Positions 18,601 through 26,894 of a DNA stretch of 64,000 nucleotides are shown one piece after another (position 1 is the stretch's first letter; every line of letters begins with the position of its first letter). The position numbers were made by a program, and so were the translations under genes. Location: sequence record OM456492.1; one strand, given 5' to 3'. The notes under the pieces are model-generated. The model saw only the letters and a list, made by a program, of their open reading frames with translations, did no database searches and was not told where the DNA came from.

Positions 18601-20852
18601 GACTTATCTGGTTGTCACAGCCGCGTTCCCGCTTGGCAATTGAAGTTGAGTTTGATCCGAACACCACTTACTCAGGTAAGGCGGGGTATGGCCCAACTAA
18701 CAATCGTCGTCTAGTAGATTCTATCACGTATGAGAATCTGTCGCAGATGTGCCACATTGTTACACCGGCGTCGCCTGGTACAGAGTTAAACGGCTGGTAT
18801 TGCACAGGACCAGAAACATTCCCTTACCACAACGTTTCCGGCACTTTCACGATTCATGCCGATCGATTGACGCTGTCACAAGCTGAATGGAATAAGATGA
18901 AGCAGATGATCATCGACGGAGCACCGGCAGGCGCTGCGAATGGTTATGCTTCGGAATATATCCTTGCCGCAAATAACGCAGGAAAGGCACTGTTCTCCGT
19001 TTGGTTCATCGGTATCGGTACAGCCACGCCGCTCACGTTAGCACAAGTAGCATGTACGCGTACTGTGAACAATGTTAACGTGTTGGATATCTACTACTTT
19101 ACACTGAAACCAACAATCAGCAACGGGCAGGTAACATTCCCCGCGGCGATTTTGGCACTGTTTGACTTCTATAACAACCTCGACTATGGCTTGAAGTACG
19201 CTACGTTGGGTGAGATAACGGGAGGAAAAACACGCCGGCCGGGACAACCTACCTTGGTGTCGGTAGATGGTACGCAGTTCGGGTTGTATCTTCCACACAC
19301 GTTAACTTTGCAGCAGATTGGCGACTTGGGTGCGCTTAACTACGCTGTTGGTCTTACGCTGTCTAATGGTACCTGGACGCGTTCTTCTGCACCACACGGC
19401 GTTGGACGTATGGCACCGTCACACACTCCAGTCAGCCCAGCTTATCTGGCTCATCGTGATCAGGTGATGCTACACAACTCATCTCTCAACTACGTCTACT
19501 GTGGTGGTATCGCAACGTCGTCGAGAGATTTTGTTACGGCTCCTAATTTTAGTGGCCCGACTGAATCGGTCGTCATTGCTGGTGTGGAAACAGCCGAAGG
19601 TTGGCTGGTATATGTGACTGAGGAAGTTAACCTGCGGTTCGGCTCGAGCACTTATAAGCTGCCTACGTGGTATATTGACCTCAGCGAAGCATTTCCAACA
19701 AACCATCAGAACCGGACATTCTACCTGCACGCTAAGGTAGAAAATGGTACACCGAAGTACGTAATGGACGTGATTCAACATCCAGACACTGAAACGGAAC
19801 TCTATATCGGGTATGTTAAAACGGACTCGTCTCGAGTCGTCGAGACTAATGTCGTGCATGTTAAGCGCTTGGGTGCGGTGAAACAGCTGTTGGAACACGC
19901 AGCAGTTGAGAATAAGCATGATGTGGAAGTGGGAAGGGATGCAGCAACGGGCAGACTGGCACCATTACGTAAAGAAGGGATGGGTCCTTTGTCTATCGAT
20001 GGCAAGAAAGGCTATCTGGATAGTCAGTTGCTTTATACCGTATCTGACGCACAGCGTCGCGGTAAAGCGATGGTGTCCAAACGTTTCGAAGGCTTGAAAA
20101 CCTTGCCGGCGTTTACTCAGGCAAACAAGTCGGGGGCGTTTTGGAAACATCCTACAACAATTGCGACGGTAACGGCCGATGAGAACGGTGAAGCGGCATC
20201 GTTGGGAATGGAGTGGGTAGGTATTCCAACGCCCGCCTTCTCTCCGACCTCAACAGCCATGATGGTGGTGATACAAAGTAAATTCGTCGTCCCAGGTACA
20301 CCTGGAGTGGAAACAACCTTTAATGTCAACATCGCCCCATGGGAGACGGTAGATATGTTTCTCTACAACGTCGAGGCGGAAGGTAAGGATGTTAACATTG
20401 ATGAAAGTTCAGAACTGTTAATGCCGACACCACATACCGTGTATCACAAACAGCACTCTCTGCCCGCAGGCGTGCCATGTACGTTTACTTTCGTTGGTGC
20501 GTTGAGTTCCTCAGCGCTTGAGATGGCCAACCAGCGTATTTGCTCTTGGCTTTTCACGGACGCGGGGGGACTACCAATCACCACCGATCTTTCGGATAGT
20601 AAGATTCAAATCTTACCAGCGGCGGGAGAGACCAACGGCACACCAGTTGTTTTTAACAGCCGTAGCTACACGTTTGTGGATGTGGCGGGTGCAATTCCGG
20701 TTGTTACCACGGGCGCTCAGGGTTTATTCCCACCACCGATCGTGGCGTGGGATGGCGATGATCTTACGTTAACGATTGCGCACGATTGGGTGAACGAGAG
20801 AGGATGGCAACAGGCTGATGTTATCCAGGTCAATCTTATGTTCCGTACCTAA
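15669..20852 (+). CDS. Long tail fibre protein
   Basis: About 1727 aa from the ATG with GGAG RBS (track start 15624 is probably too early); fibre repeats ATTTVQGLFAI...AISQKAV and ASTSVTGLAKL. Confidence 0.75.
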   Translation: MPREDAAQFNGTLSTATYPNRYSAVIPVEAPFYRIGLTLTVTDKTTGTKRKLIEGLDYFLGHYFQELAEAENDAIYGSIMLLNATEVEYELLSVGRRYRIPASEIGKYLVKTDMKDPRNCDWSELMKYPPIISPIDPPKDLEEAILRDEIVKALEDIRLGILERAHELDEAFAEVTDLIYQNGKQVFDDEMYQHHLIKNAHGYTCGDIGALPVLGKAVDATKAFGRTLAELVTLMSTSGIQQKHVDMLLDNTLGDLLGRMRVLNNDAITFQTTSGHVISMKGEKFIITSTKPLVLKADQDNNEPGIATEFSAGLNTLWVHSGKAGDKWGAYDAGVLAPVYNGVYLVTPDMVKMYLTSVKILPANAYFKSSDTLKIYGSGKETNKVYMNAELPAATTTVQGLFAITNLSASAASSTAISQKAVTDLKNKLDGYVDDTYTVNGKGFVLDENGQMHLTLTALDFGIEKMNNTGPLEKPVTNALRTVLSGKALSTHTHTIADLDNVPYASTSVTGLAKLWDAIDTTTDKMVTARQGFLLEQKIGTLNDKIATLLPAWTVGGSSYGNNNFLPIPVQGNYEGYTKNQTWQKGLARYEAGKVYSLRNGSNGNPPGDWAIYYAYVDVTADNTLTNMQQTSVRYRPVGMSAYPGVDLVAIVITGTDAMICLGSDGAYYLVIFDGTIDHAKHHRVVKVYLGDYRYGNAAGTVTTAPWAPNVSTDDLIVCNERIYLLRTVLTSGDYFVSMRSIALNELNLGGSNTFVADALTGGILTSGENVYLRQGQKRAPSDALPAPVTQIYADALAKWNNATNFVHGPECNHAIGVDGLKFRVGLTPTVWFASSTGQTISFKQWVSSFVVDCSALTVTLEGADRFPIVADLTAVRYNGGAEIGIPSRKWGEGQANNQTFATSQDKYIVSQGHAGDRDLMPIVVITTLDDGVSWYEYLSCDYNFTARRFSAVTLNQGRGSIYELGMAYPLTLGADSRLIWLSQPRSRLAIEVEFDPNTTYSGKAGYGPTNNRRLVDSITYENLSQMCHIVTPASPGTELNGWYCTGPETFPYHNVSGTFTIHADRLTLSQAEWNKMKQMIIDGAPAGAANGYASEYILAANNAGKALFSVWFIGIGTATPLTLAQVACTRTVNNVNVLDIYYFTLKPTISNGQVTFPAAILALFDFYNNLDYGLKYATLGEITGGKTRRPGQPTLVSVDGTQFGLYLPHTLTLQQIGDLGALNYAVGLTLSNGTWTRSSAPHGVGRMAPSHTPVSPAYLAHRDQVMLHNSSLNYVYCGGIATSSRDFVTAPNFSGPTESVVIAGVETAEGWLVYVTEEVNLRFGSSTYKLPTWYIDLSEAFPTNHQNRTFYLHAKVENGTPKYVMDVIQHPDTETELYIGYVKTDSSRVVETNVVHVKRLGAVKQLLEHAAVENKHDVEVGRDAATGRLAPLRKEGMGPLSIDGKKGYLDSQLLYTVSDAQRRGKAMVSKRFEGLKTLPAFTQANKSGAFWKHPTTIATVTADENGEAASLGMEWVGIPTPAFSPTSTAMMVVIQSKFVVPGTPGVETTFNVNIAPWETVDMFLYNVEAEGKDVNIDESSELLMPTPHTVYHKQHSLPAGVPCTFTFVGALSSSALEMANQRICSWLFTDAGGLPITTDLSDSKIQILPAAGETNGTPVVFNSRSYTFVDVAGAIPVVTTGAQGLFPPPIVAWDGDDLTLTIAHDWVNERGWQQADVIQVNLMFRT

Positions 20853-20899
20853 CAGATAGCGCTATGGGGCAAGGAAGCCCCAATCAAAGGAGTTTGGCA

Positions 20900-22102
20900 A
20901 TGGCCGAAATCATTTATCAGTACCCGCTCGACCTTACCGGGACATTAACGTCGAACGCCGTTACGCGGCGTATTACGTTAGGTTCTGGTAAAGTTAACCG
21001 GGCTTTTGCATTTCCTGACGGAGCTTTCTACGCGGATACTTTCCGCTTAGCGGCTGCGAACAAACCGGGTGTCTACCCGTACAAACGTGGTACAGACTAC
21101 GAGCTGATTTTTGCACATACTGCATATCAGAAAATGACCAAGAACCGCGAAGTGGTCATGGGTGTGGTGGTAACTAACTCGGCCATTCCTACTGATATCG
21201 AAGTCTCTGCGCAAGTCGTTGGTGGTTTTCAGTCTGCGAACGTCGAAGGCATCCGACAAGCGATTGCGTCGTTGAAAATTGAAGACCGTGTGGTGGACTT
21301 CAAGGATCTTCGAAACGTGCCCGATACGTTCCCGTCCGCACCGACGTATAAAGACCTTGGCGATATCTACGGTTTTGAGTATATCATTACCGTGCTCGCG
21401 GGGATTAAAGATGCGATTAACTCCGGCTCTGCAGTACAGCTGGAAGAAATTAAAGGTATTCTGGACGGTCTGAAAAACGACTTCCTCGATGCCTTAAATA
21501 CCCACATCAACGCCGAAGGTAACGTACACAATCTCGACATTCATCAGGTTAATGGCCTGACGGAGACGGAGATTCGTGCTTTGATTCAAAGTGTACAGAC
21601 TGCCATTGACGCCACTATCAGAGATATCGGCGACTTAAGAGCAGCAGACACGGCGTTGGGGCAACGCATCGATGCAATTGTGGCTTCGTTAGCCGCGTGG
21701 AACGACCAGCTTAATGTGGTTGCGCAAAACTACCAGAAGATGTCGTTAGCATTAGCTAACCTTAATTCTCTGGTGTTGCAATTACAGAAGAAGGTTAACG
21801 ATCTGCAGTCTGCGCTGAATGAAACAAATCAGCGTGTCACGGATCTTGAGAATCAGGGCAAAGACTTCCAACAGCAAATTGATAACCTGCAAGGACAAAT
21901 CAACAGTCTTAAAACTCAGGTTGTAAACAACACCAACGCAATTTCGCAGGCAAACCAGAATCTGGCGAACCATGCGGCTGCGGATAACCCACACCCGAAT
22001 TACCTCCATAAACAGTATGGCGGTGTTGTGCAGGCTGCTGTTCACGTCAACAACAACCTCACCTCGCGCGACGACGTTCAAGCTGAAGCGGGTACTAAGT
22101 AA
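20900..22102 (+). CDS. Coiled-coil virion/tail-fibre-associated protein
   Basis: Start reassigned to the ATG with AGGAG RBS; shared N-terminal domain, long heptad region, HAAADNPH motif. Confidence 0.7.
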   Translation: MAEIIYQYPLDLTGTLTSNAVTRRITLGSGKVNRAFAFPDGAFYADTFRLAAANKPGVYPYKRGTDYELIFAHTAYQKMTKNREVVMGVVVTNSAIPTDIEVSAQVVGGFQSANVEGIRQAIASLKIEDRVVDFKDLRNVPDTFPSAPTYKDLGDIYGFEYIITVLAGIKDAINSGSAVQLEEIKGILDGLKNDFLDALNTHINAEGNVHNLDIHQVNGLTETEIRALIQSVQTAIDATIRDIGDLRAADTALGQRIDAIVASLAAWNDQLNVVAQNYQKMSLALANLNSLVLQLQKKVNDLQSALNETNQRVTDLENQGKDFQQQIDNLQGQINSLKTQVVNNTNAISQANQNLANHAAADNPHPNYLHKQYGGVVQAAVHVNNNLTSRDDVQAEAGTK

Positions 22103-22115
22103 CTTGTTTACGAGC

Positions 22116-22141
22116 CGGACTATGTTTATGGACATAGTCCG
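22116..22141 (+). other. Intercistronic 26-nt hairpin CGGACT-N14-AGTCCG, no U tract
   Basis: Directly upstream of the first Cys-rich peptide gene. Confidence 0.6.
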
Positions 22142-22167
22142 CTCATTCTACTTTTTAAGGAAGCGTA

Positions 22168-22560
22168 ATGGCGATATCTATTAAAGACGTCAGAAACCGC
22201 GTCCAGATAGTCGAAGCTAACATGGCGACAGGCCCCCGTATCGACGCGCAAGTGGCCTCTAAAGCCCATAACGCGGCAGACCGATTTGGGGGTTGGACGA
22301 AAACACAGCTAGATTGCGGCGGGACATGTTCTTGGACGTGCTCTAACGGTTGCTCGCATGGCTGTTCGAGCTGTTCAGGAAGCTGTTCTGCTTCTTGTAT
22401 CGGTAGCTGTTCTTCGACGTGTGGCGGTAACTGTTCTGGTTGTTCTGGTTGTTCTGGTGGTTGCAGTAGTAGCTGTACCGGTAACTGCACAGGTGGTTGC
22501 GGTGGCTCTTGTTCCGCAAACTGCTCCGGGGCCTGCTCCGGCGGCTGTTCAGGTCGCTAA
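22168..22560 (+). CDS. CxxxC-repeat radical SAM target peptide 1 (RiPP-like precursor)
   Basis: 49-aa Cys-free leader, then a core with 21 Cys in C-x2/3 repeats of Gly/Ser/Thr; adjacent to rSAM genes. Confidence 0.85.
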   Translation: MAISIKDVRNRVQIVEANMATGPRIDAQVASKAHNAADRFGGWTKTQLDCGGTCSWTCSNGCSHGCSSCSGSCSASCIGSCSSTCGGNCSGCSGCSGGCSSSCTGNCTGGCGGSCSANCSGACSGGCSGR

Positions 22561-22570
22561 GGGGGATTAA

Positions 22571-22975
22571 ATGGCAATTGGATTAAAAGAACTGAATAAC
22601 CGATTAAACACGATCGATGCAAACGCTCTAAAGAATACCACGAATGTGCAAAACTACATTCGCAATAAAGCTACGAATAACGCCGACTTGTTCGCAGGTC
22701 AAGGCCGTTCGCACTATGACTGTGGTGGCACATGCTCTTTTAGTTGCTCGAGTTGTTCTGGCGGATGTACTGGGTCTGCGACAGGTGGTTGTGGGTCGAC
22801 TTGTTCGGCAAACTGTGTATCAGGCTGTAGCAGCAGCTGCACGGGCTGTAGCTCTTCATGCTCTGGTGGTTGTAGCGGCACGTGCACAGGCAGCTGTTCT
22901 GGGGGTTGTGGTAAATCCTGCTCCGCAAACTGCTCAGGTGCGTGCTCTGGTGGTTGTTCAGGTCCTAACTCCTAA
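22571..22975 (+). CDS. CxxxC-repeat radical SAM target peptide 2
   Basis: 50-aa leader, core with 20 Cys; ends CSANCSGACSGGCSG as in peptide 1. Confidence 0.85.
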   Translation: MAIGLKELNNRLNTIDANALKNTTNVQNYIRNKATNNADLFAGQGRSHYDCGGTCSFSCSSCSGGCTGSATGGCGSTCSANCVSGCSSSCTGCSSSCSGGCSGTCTGSCSGGCGKSCSANCSGACSGGCSGPNS

Positions 22976-22990
22976 CTGACGGAGGCTTAT

Positions 22991-23197
22991 GTGATCAGTC
23001 TCAAGGCTATTCGAAACCGTCTCGTTACGGCAGAAGGCTACATTACAACCGCGCAGGCAAACAACTATATCGCTAACCAGGGCACCGTGTCGACCACAAA
23101 TAACCTGGCTGGCTTACCGCTTTCTCACTATAACTGTAATGGTGGGTGTAGCTGGTCCTGCAGCGGAAGCTGTAGCCGTGGAGCGGGGAATCGATAA
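22991..23197 (+). CDS. Short CxxxC-repeat target peptide 3
   Basis: GTG start with GGAGG RBS; leader homologous to peptides 1 and 2; core CNGGCSWSCSGSC (4 Cys). Confidence 0.8.
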   Translation: MISLKAIRNRLVTAEGYITTAQANNYIANQGTVSTTNNLAGLPLSHYNCNGGCSWSCSGSCSRGAGNR

Positions 23198-23219
23198 CAG
23201 AAAACGTTCGGAGTATTAA

Positions 23220-24107
23220 ATGAAAAACGATTTGCATCTTGCGTATAAAACCACATTCAACCACCCGCTGCATCTATCTTCCCCAGATTCGGTGCGTGCA
23301 CATCTCGCTGACAAAGTCAGACTGATTGCACAGATTCCTGGTGAGTGGCCAAAGGTTCGTGGTCGCTTCTTGACCGACAAGAAGAACTACACCGTAGAAA
23401 ATACGTTTAAGATCCGTGATATGGTTGCAGAGGCCATCGTTATCTTTAACGGCGATGGTAACTCTCGCGGCGTGTTGGTTGACGGTAAGTATTTCTTCAG
23501 TGAAGGGATTCTGAACAACAGTGTCGATTTAGAACTGATGTTTACACCGTTTGACGAACTCGAAGCAAAACCGATGGCGCGCCGTTGGTGGAGTCCGGAC
23601 TATCTGGGCTCGTTCCCTTACTACTTTGTACTGGTACCTGCCGATACGGAAACGTATTTCGACACCGAACCGTACATCGATATCGAGGGATATAAAGAAC
23701 TCGGCATCACCCGTTTAGCGGACATGATGGCGTATAGCTATAAGTTCGTGTGGGATAAAAAGCGTTCTGTCTGGTATGCGTTGACTGACGATTTTGAAAT
23801 CACCAAACGTATTCGTAAGCCGTGGATGCAACACCTGGTTCAAACCCGATATGGGGATTACCCGGCGACAGAAGCGGATTTGAGTAAGCTGGTAAGCTTC
23901 CTCTTAACGAAGGTGGATTTAACGAAAGAAGAAGCAGAAGCTGTTTCTGAGATTCGTAGTCGTTCGGTAACGTTGGCCGATTTGAAACGCTTGAACGAAA
24001 GACACGCCGACCTGAACAAAATTTTAGCTGCCTATCACGACCCGATGTTACTGGTGCCCGGCGCTAATGTAGACGAAGATCCTTTATTCGCCATTGATTA
24101 TATTTAA
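23220..24107 (+). CDS. Hypothetical protein in the rSAM cassette
   Basis: 295 aa, tightly packed between the peptides and the first rSAM gene. Confidence 0.8.
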   Translation: MKNDLHLAYKTTFNHPLHLSSPDSVRAHLADKVRLIAQIPGEWPKVRGRFLTDKKNYTVENTFKIRDMVAEAIVIFNGDGNSRGVLVDGKYFFSEGILNNSVDLELMFTPFDELEAKPMARRWWSPDYLGSFPYYFVLVPADTETYFDTEPYIDIEGYKELGITRLADMMAYSYKFVWDKKRSVWYALTDDFEITKRIRKPWMQHLVQTRYGDYPATEADLSKLVSFLLTKVDLTKEEAEAVSEIRSRSVTLADLKRLNERHADLNKILAAYHDPMLLVPGANVDEDPLFAIDYI

Positions 24108-24129
24108 AAATATACTGGAGCAACCTGCA

Positions 24130-25044
24130 ATGACAGATCAAGTAGAATCCAGGATCTCGTCTGAACTGTACGACAAACCGTCAATTCTGTCGGTTGTCGC
24201 AACTTCTAAGTGTAACTTAGACTGTAGCTTCTGTGGAGGGGCTTATTACATGGATAGAGAAGATACTTCTCGTGAGTTTCAACGTGAAGAGATTCTCTCG
24301 ATTTTAGAGAAGAATCCGGATATCGGTGAGATTCATTGGACGGGCGGTGAGCCGCTGTTAGCGCAGCGCAAGATTGAAGACTTCGTGAACGAGTTAAAGG
24401 AGTCTCATCCGAACCTCCGTCATCACATGTACACCAACGGTTTAAAGATGCGTAAATCACATCTGCCGTTGCTGAAACAGTTCGACCTTATCTTTGTGTC
24501 CATTGACGGCTACAAGAAGTCGGAACGTCCGTTTATGAACTTTGTAAACGGTGGTAATCACGAAGCGCTGGAAGTGCTGTACGAGCTGGACAACTATTAC
24601 ACCTGGGGTGTGATGACGCGTGACCAGTTAGGTGATAAACGCTGGTACGAAGATTTCATCGAGCTGCACCGAGCAATCTATCATTACCGTCCAGGTGGTA
24701 TGTCGTTGCTGTTTGATGCGATGATGCCGAAACCGTTATCGCCAGACCACGTCATGAACTTCATGTACGGGTATTGGAAAATACTCGACAATATCGAACG
24801 CCTTAACATGCAGAACGATTCTGAATGTGGGCTTGCGATCAGTAAAATGTTCGATACCGAGTGCAACACGTGCAGTGAAGTGCTGTGGCTTAACGCCGAC
24901 GGTACGCAGGAGCAAATTCAGAACGCCCCAGAGATATTGGAAGTCGGCTGTAATCGCCTGGCGCGTTCTATCGGCGTTGATGCGTATAACTACATCAACC
25001 GTGTAATTTCTGCTAAGCGTAAACGGGCGGCGAACAATGAGTAA
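24130..25044 (+). CDS. Radical SAM enzyme 1
   Basis: CNLDCSFC (CxxxCxxC), WTGGEP, YTNG and VSIDG motifs; short Cys-containing C-terminal extension. Start reassigned to the ATG with GGAG RBS. Confidence 0.92.
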   Translation: MTDQVESRISSELYDKPSILSVVATSKCNLDCSFCGGAYYMDREDTSREFQREEILSILEKNPDIGEIHWTGGEPLLAQRKIEDFVNELKESHPNLRHHMYTNGLKMRKSHLPLLKQFDLIFVSIDGYKKSERPFMNFVNGGNHEALEVLYELDNYYTWGVMTRDQLGDKRWYEDFIELHRAIYHYRPGGMSLLFDAMMPKPLSPDHVMNFMYGYWKILDNIERLNMQNDSECGLAISKMFDTECNTCSEVLWLNADGTQEQIQNAPEILEVGCNRLARSIGVDAYNYINRVISAKRKRAANNE

Positions 25045-26365
25045 CAGCGAACAGCAAATCCAGTACACACCACGCACGTATCAGGTTGTGACTAACCTGT
25101 CATGTAATCTGGACTGCGAATACTGCTACGAGCGTAAATATCCTCGTAACAACAAAGTAGCAGACGTGATTGATTTTATCCACGCTTGTTTCGAGCGTGA
25201 TAAAGATATCCCGAACGTCGAGGTCATCATCGATATCATCGGTGGTGAGCCGTTCATGCAGCCTAAACTTCTTTTGGCGGCCTTTGAAACCGCAGAGAAG
25301 TTATGCGCAGAACACAATCGCCCGTATATGTTCAGTATCTCCACGAACGGTACACTTCTGGACCGTCCGCTGAACAAAGAAATTATCGAGCGCTGGAAAG
25401 ACAAACTGTCTATTGGGGTCTCCATCGATGGTTTACCTGAAGTCCATGACAAATATCGTATCTTTACCACGACGCGTGAAGGGTCGTACGAAGCTGCGGT
25501 ACGCGGTTACAATTATCTGAAGAGTGTTGGCATCGCTGAACTGGGTGTAAAGGCGACGTTTACGATCGATACATTGCCGCACTATGCCGCCAGCATGAAA
25601 TCGTTAATTGACATGTCCGGCGGTGGTACCATTTCTGGTAACGTAACGTACGAAGATATCCTGCCGCGCCATATGGCGTTGGATATCGCGAACCAGATGA
25701 TGGACGTGATGGACTACTGGATTGAGAAGGGTCTGCACACCAACCCGCGTAACACGATTACACACATCATCCCGGATGGCCTGAACTTTATGGCAACTTG
25801 GGACCCGGATTGGCGTGACAAACTCTTACATGACGACTCTGTTCGTCTCGACCCAGAACGCCTGAAACCGTACTGCGGTACGTTGACGCACATGACCTGT
25901 CTCGGCTTTGATCGCAAGATTTACGGTTGTAACCGTTTCATGTCCACGGTAACTTCCCGTTCTGCTGTAGCAGAACTGGTCGGTCGTGAGTTTGTGAGCC
26001 TGGACGGTGGTAAGCTGTTAGAAGAGATTCAAACGCAGTACACCAACTACCCAGAAACCTGTTTAGGGTGTCCGATGAAACACAGTTGCGGTAGCTGCGC
26101 AGCAGCATCGTACGAAAACGGTGAAGGTACACTGGAAGACCGTAAAGCGTATCACGCCGAGCGTCGTCAGTGTGGTTGGACTACTGCGAAGCTGATGGCG
26201 GCGGAATATTGGTATCAGAAAACTGGTACGACCCGCGCATCAGATTTGCATGATAAATCCATGTGCTATTGTTCACGTTGTGTACGCCAACGTGCTGAAG
26301 CAGAAAAATTACAAAACGGAGCCCAGAATGAAGTCAATACTGATTCACAATTTTACGAAGCGTAA
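25037..26365 (+). CDS. Radical SAM/SPASM peptide maturase
   Basis: CNLDCEYC, GGEP, STNGT and SIDG motifs; SPASM-type Cys array (YCG...C...IYGC...CLGCPMKHSCGSC...C) plus an extra CYCSRC. Confidence 0.93.
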   Translation: MSNSEQQIQYTPRTYQVVTNLSCNLDCEYCYERKYPRNNKVADVIDFIHACFERDKDIPNVEVIIDIIGGEPFMQPKLLLAAFETAEKLCAEHNRPYMFSISTNGTLLDRPLNKEIIERWKDKLSIGVSIDGLPEVHDKYRIFTTTREGSYEAAVRGYNYLKSVGIAELGVKATFTIDTLPHYAASMKSLIDMSGGGTISGNVTYEDILPRHMALDIANQMMDVMDYWIEKGLHTNPRNTITHIIPDGLNFMATWDPDWRDKLLHDDSVRLDPERLKPYCGTLTHMTCLGFDRKIYGCNRFMSTVTSRSAVAELVGREFVSLDGGKLLEEIQTQYTNYPETCLGCPMKHSCGSCAAASYENGEGTLEDRKAYHAERRQCGWTTAKLMAAEYWYQKTGTTRASDLHDKSMCYCSRCVRQRAEAEKLQNGAQNEVNTDSQFYEA

Positions 26366-26894
26366 ACTGCACTTGGTCGATCGCTTCCTGCGCAAAAGCA
26401 AGCTGTACAATGTGCACGCAATTGTGGCAGGGGAAGACTTCACTGATGAAATCCAAAGCCTGTTGATTAAATACGGGCTGAACGTGATGATCCCGGTCTA
26501 CTGCGTTGAGAAAGGACACGAGTCTGTCGCGGAAATCGAAAAGCGCAACCCTGGCTTTGAGAAGCGACTGCTTGCATACCCACGCCACAAAATCGAACTG
26601 CTACGTCACTCTATTGATGAAGCCAGTCCTGAAAGTTTAGTGGCTTTGGGCTTGTCTTTCCCGCGGATGCGTATTCGTAACTTACGCTCCAATAACCCGG
26701 TTGACGCTTATTACACAGAGCGTCAAATCTTCGAAGAACACCTGCTCCCGCAGTTGGAAGAAGAAGAGCAACACAACATTTCTCTGTTGTGGGCCGGTAA
26801 CCTCGATCAGGACTTCCAGATGCTGGACTTCGGTTTGTTGTTAGAACTTGGCCTGATTGAGGAGGACGAATGTCTGTTACTGACAAAAGCTTAA
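26328..26894 (+). CDS. Hypothetical protein in the rSAM cassette
   Basis: 188 aa from the ATG with GGAG RBS, overlapping the rSAM stop. Confidence 0.75.
   Translation: MKSILIHNFTKRKLHLVDRFLRKSKLYNVHAIVAGEDFTDEIQSLLIKYGLNVMIPVYCVEKGHESVAEIEKRNPGFEKRLLAYPRHKIELLRHSIDEASPESLVALGLSFPRMRIRNLRSNNPVDAYYTERQIFEEHLLPQLEEEEQHNISLLWAGNLDQDFQMLDFGLLLELGLIEEDECLLLTKA

Noticed and set aside
22155-22490. Antisense ORF with QLP/EQP repeats
   Set aside because: Shadow of the TGT/TGC-rich peptide gene; no RBS and opposite to the operon.
22300-22975. Repetitive DNA suggesting a CRISPR array or VNTR
   Set aside because: The repeats are degenerate codons for C-S/G-x-x; there is no fixed repeat-spacer structure.
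22168-22975. Metallothionein or lanthipeptide interpretation of the Cys-rich peptides
   Set aside because: Leader/core architecture and adjacent rSAM/SPASM genes fit rSAM targets better, and no LanB/C/M is present. Metal binding is not excluded.
24130-26365. rSAMs as QueE, anaerobic RNR activase or DNA-modification enzymes
   Set aside because: Size, SPASM array and peptide neighbours do not fit; no nrdD or que genes adjacent.
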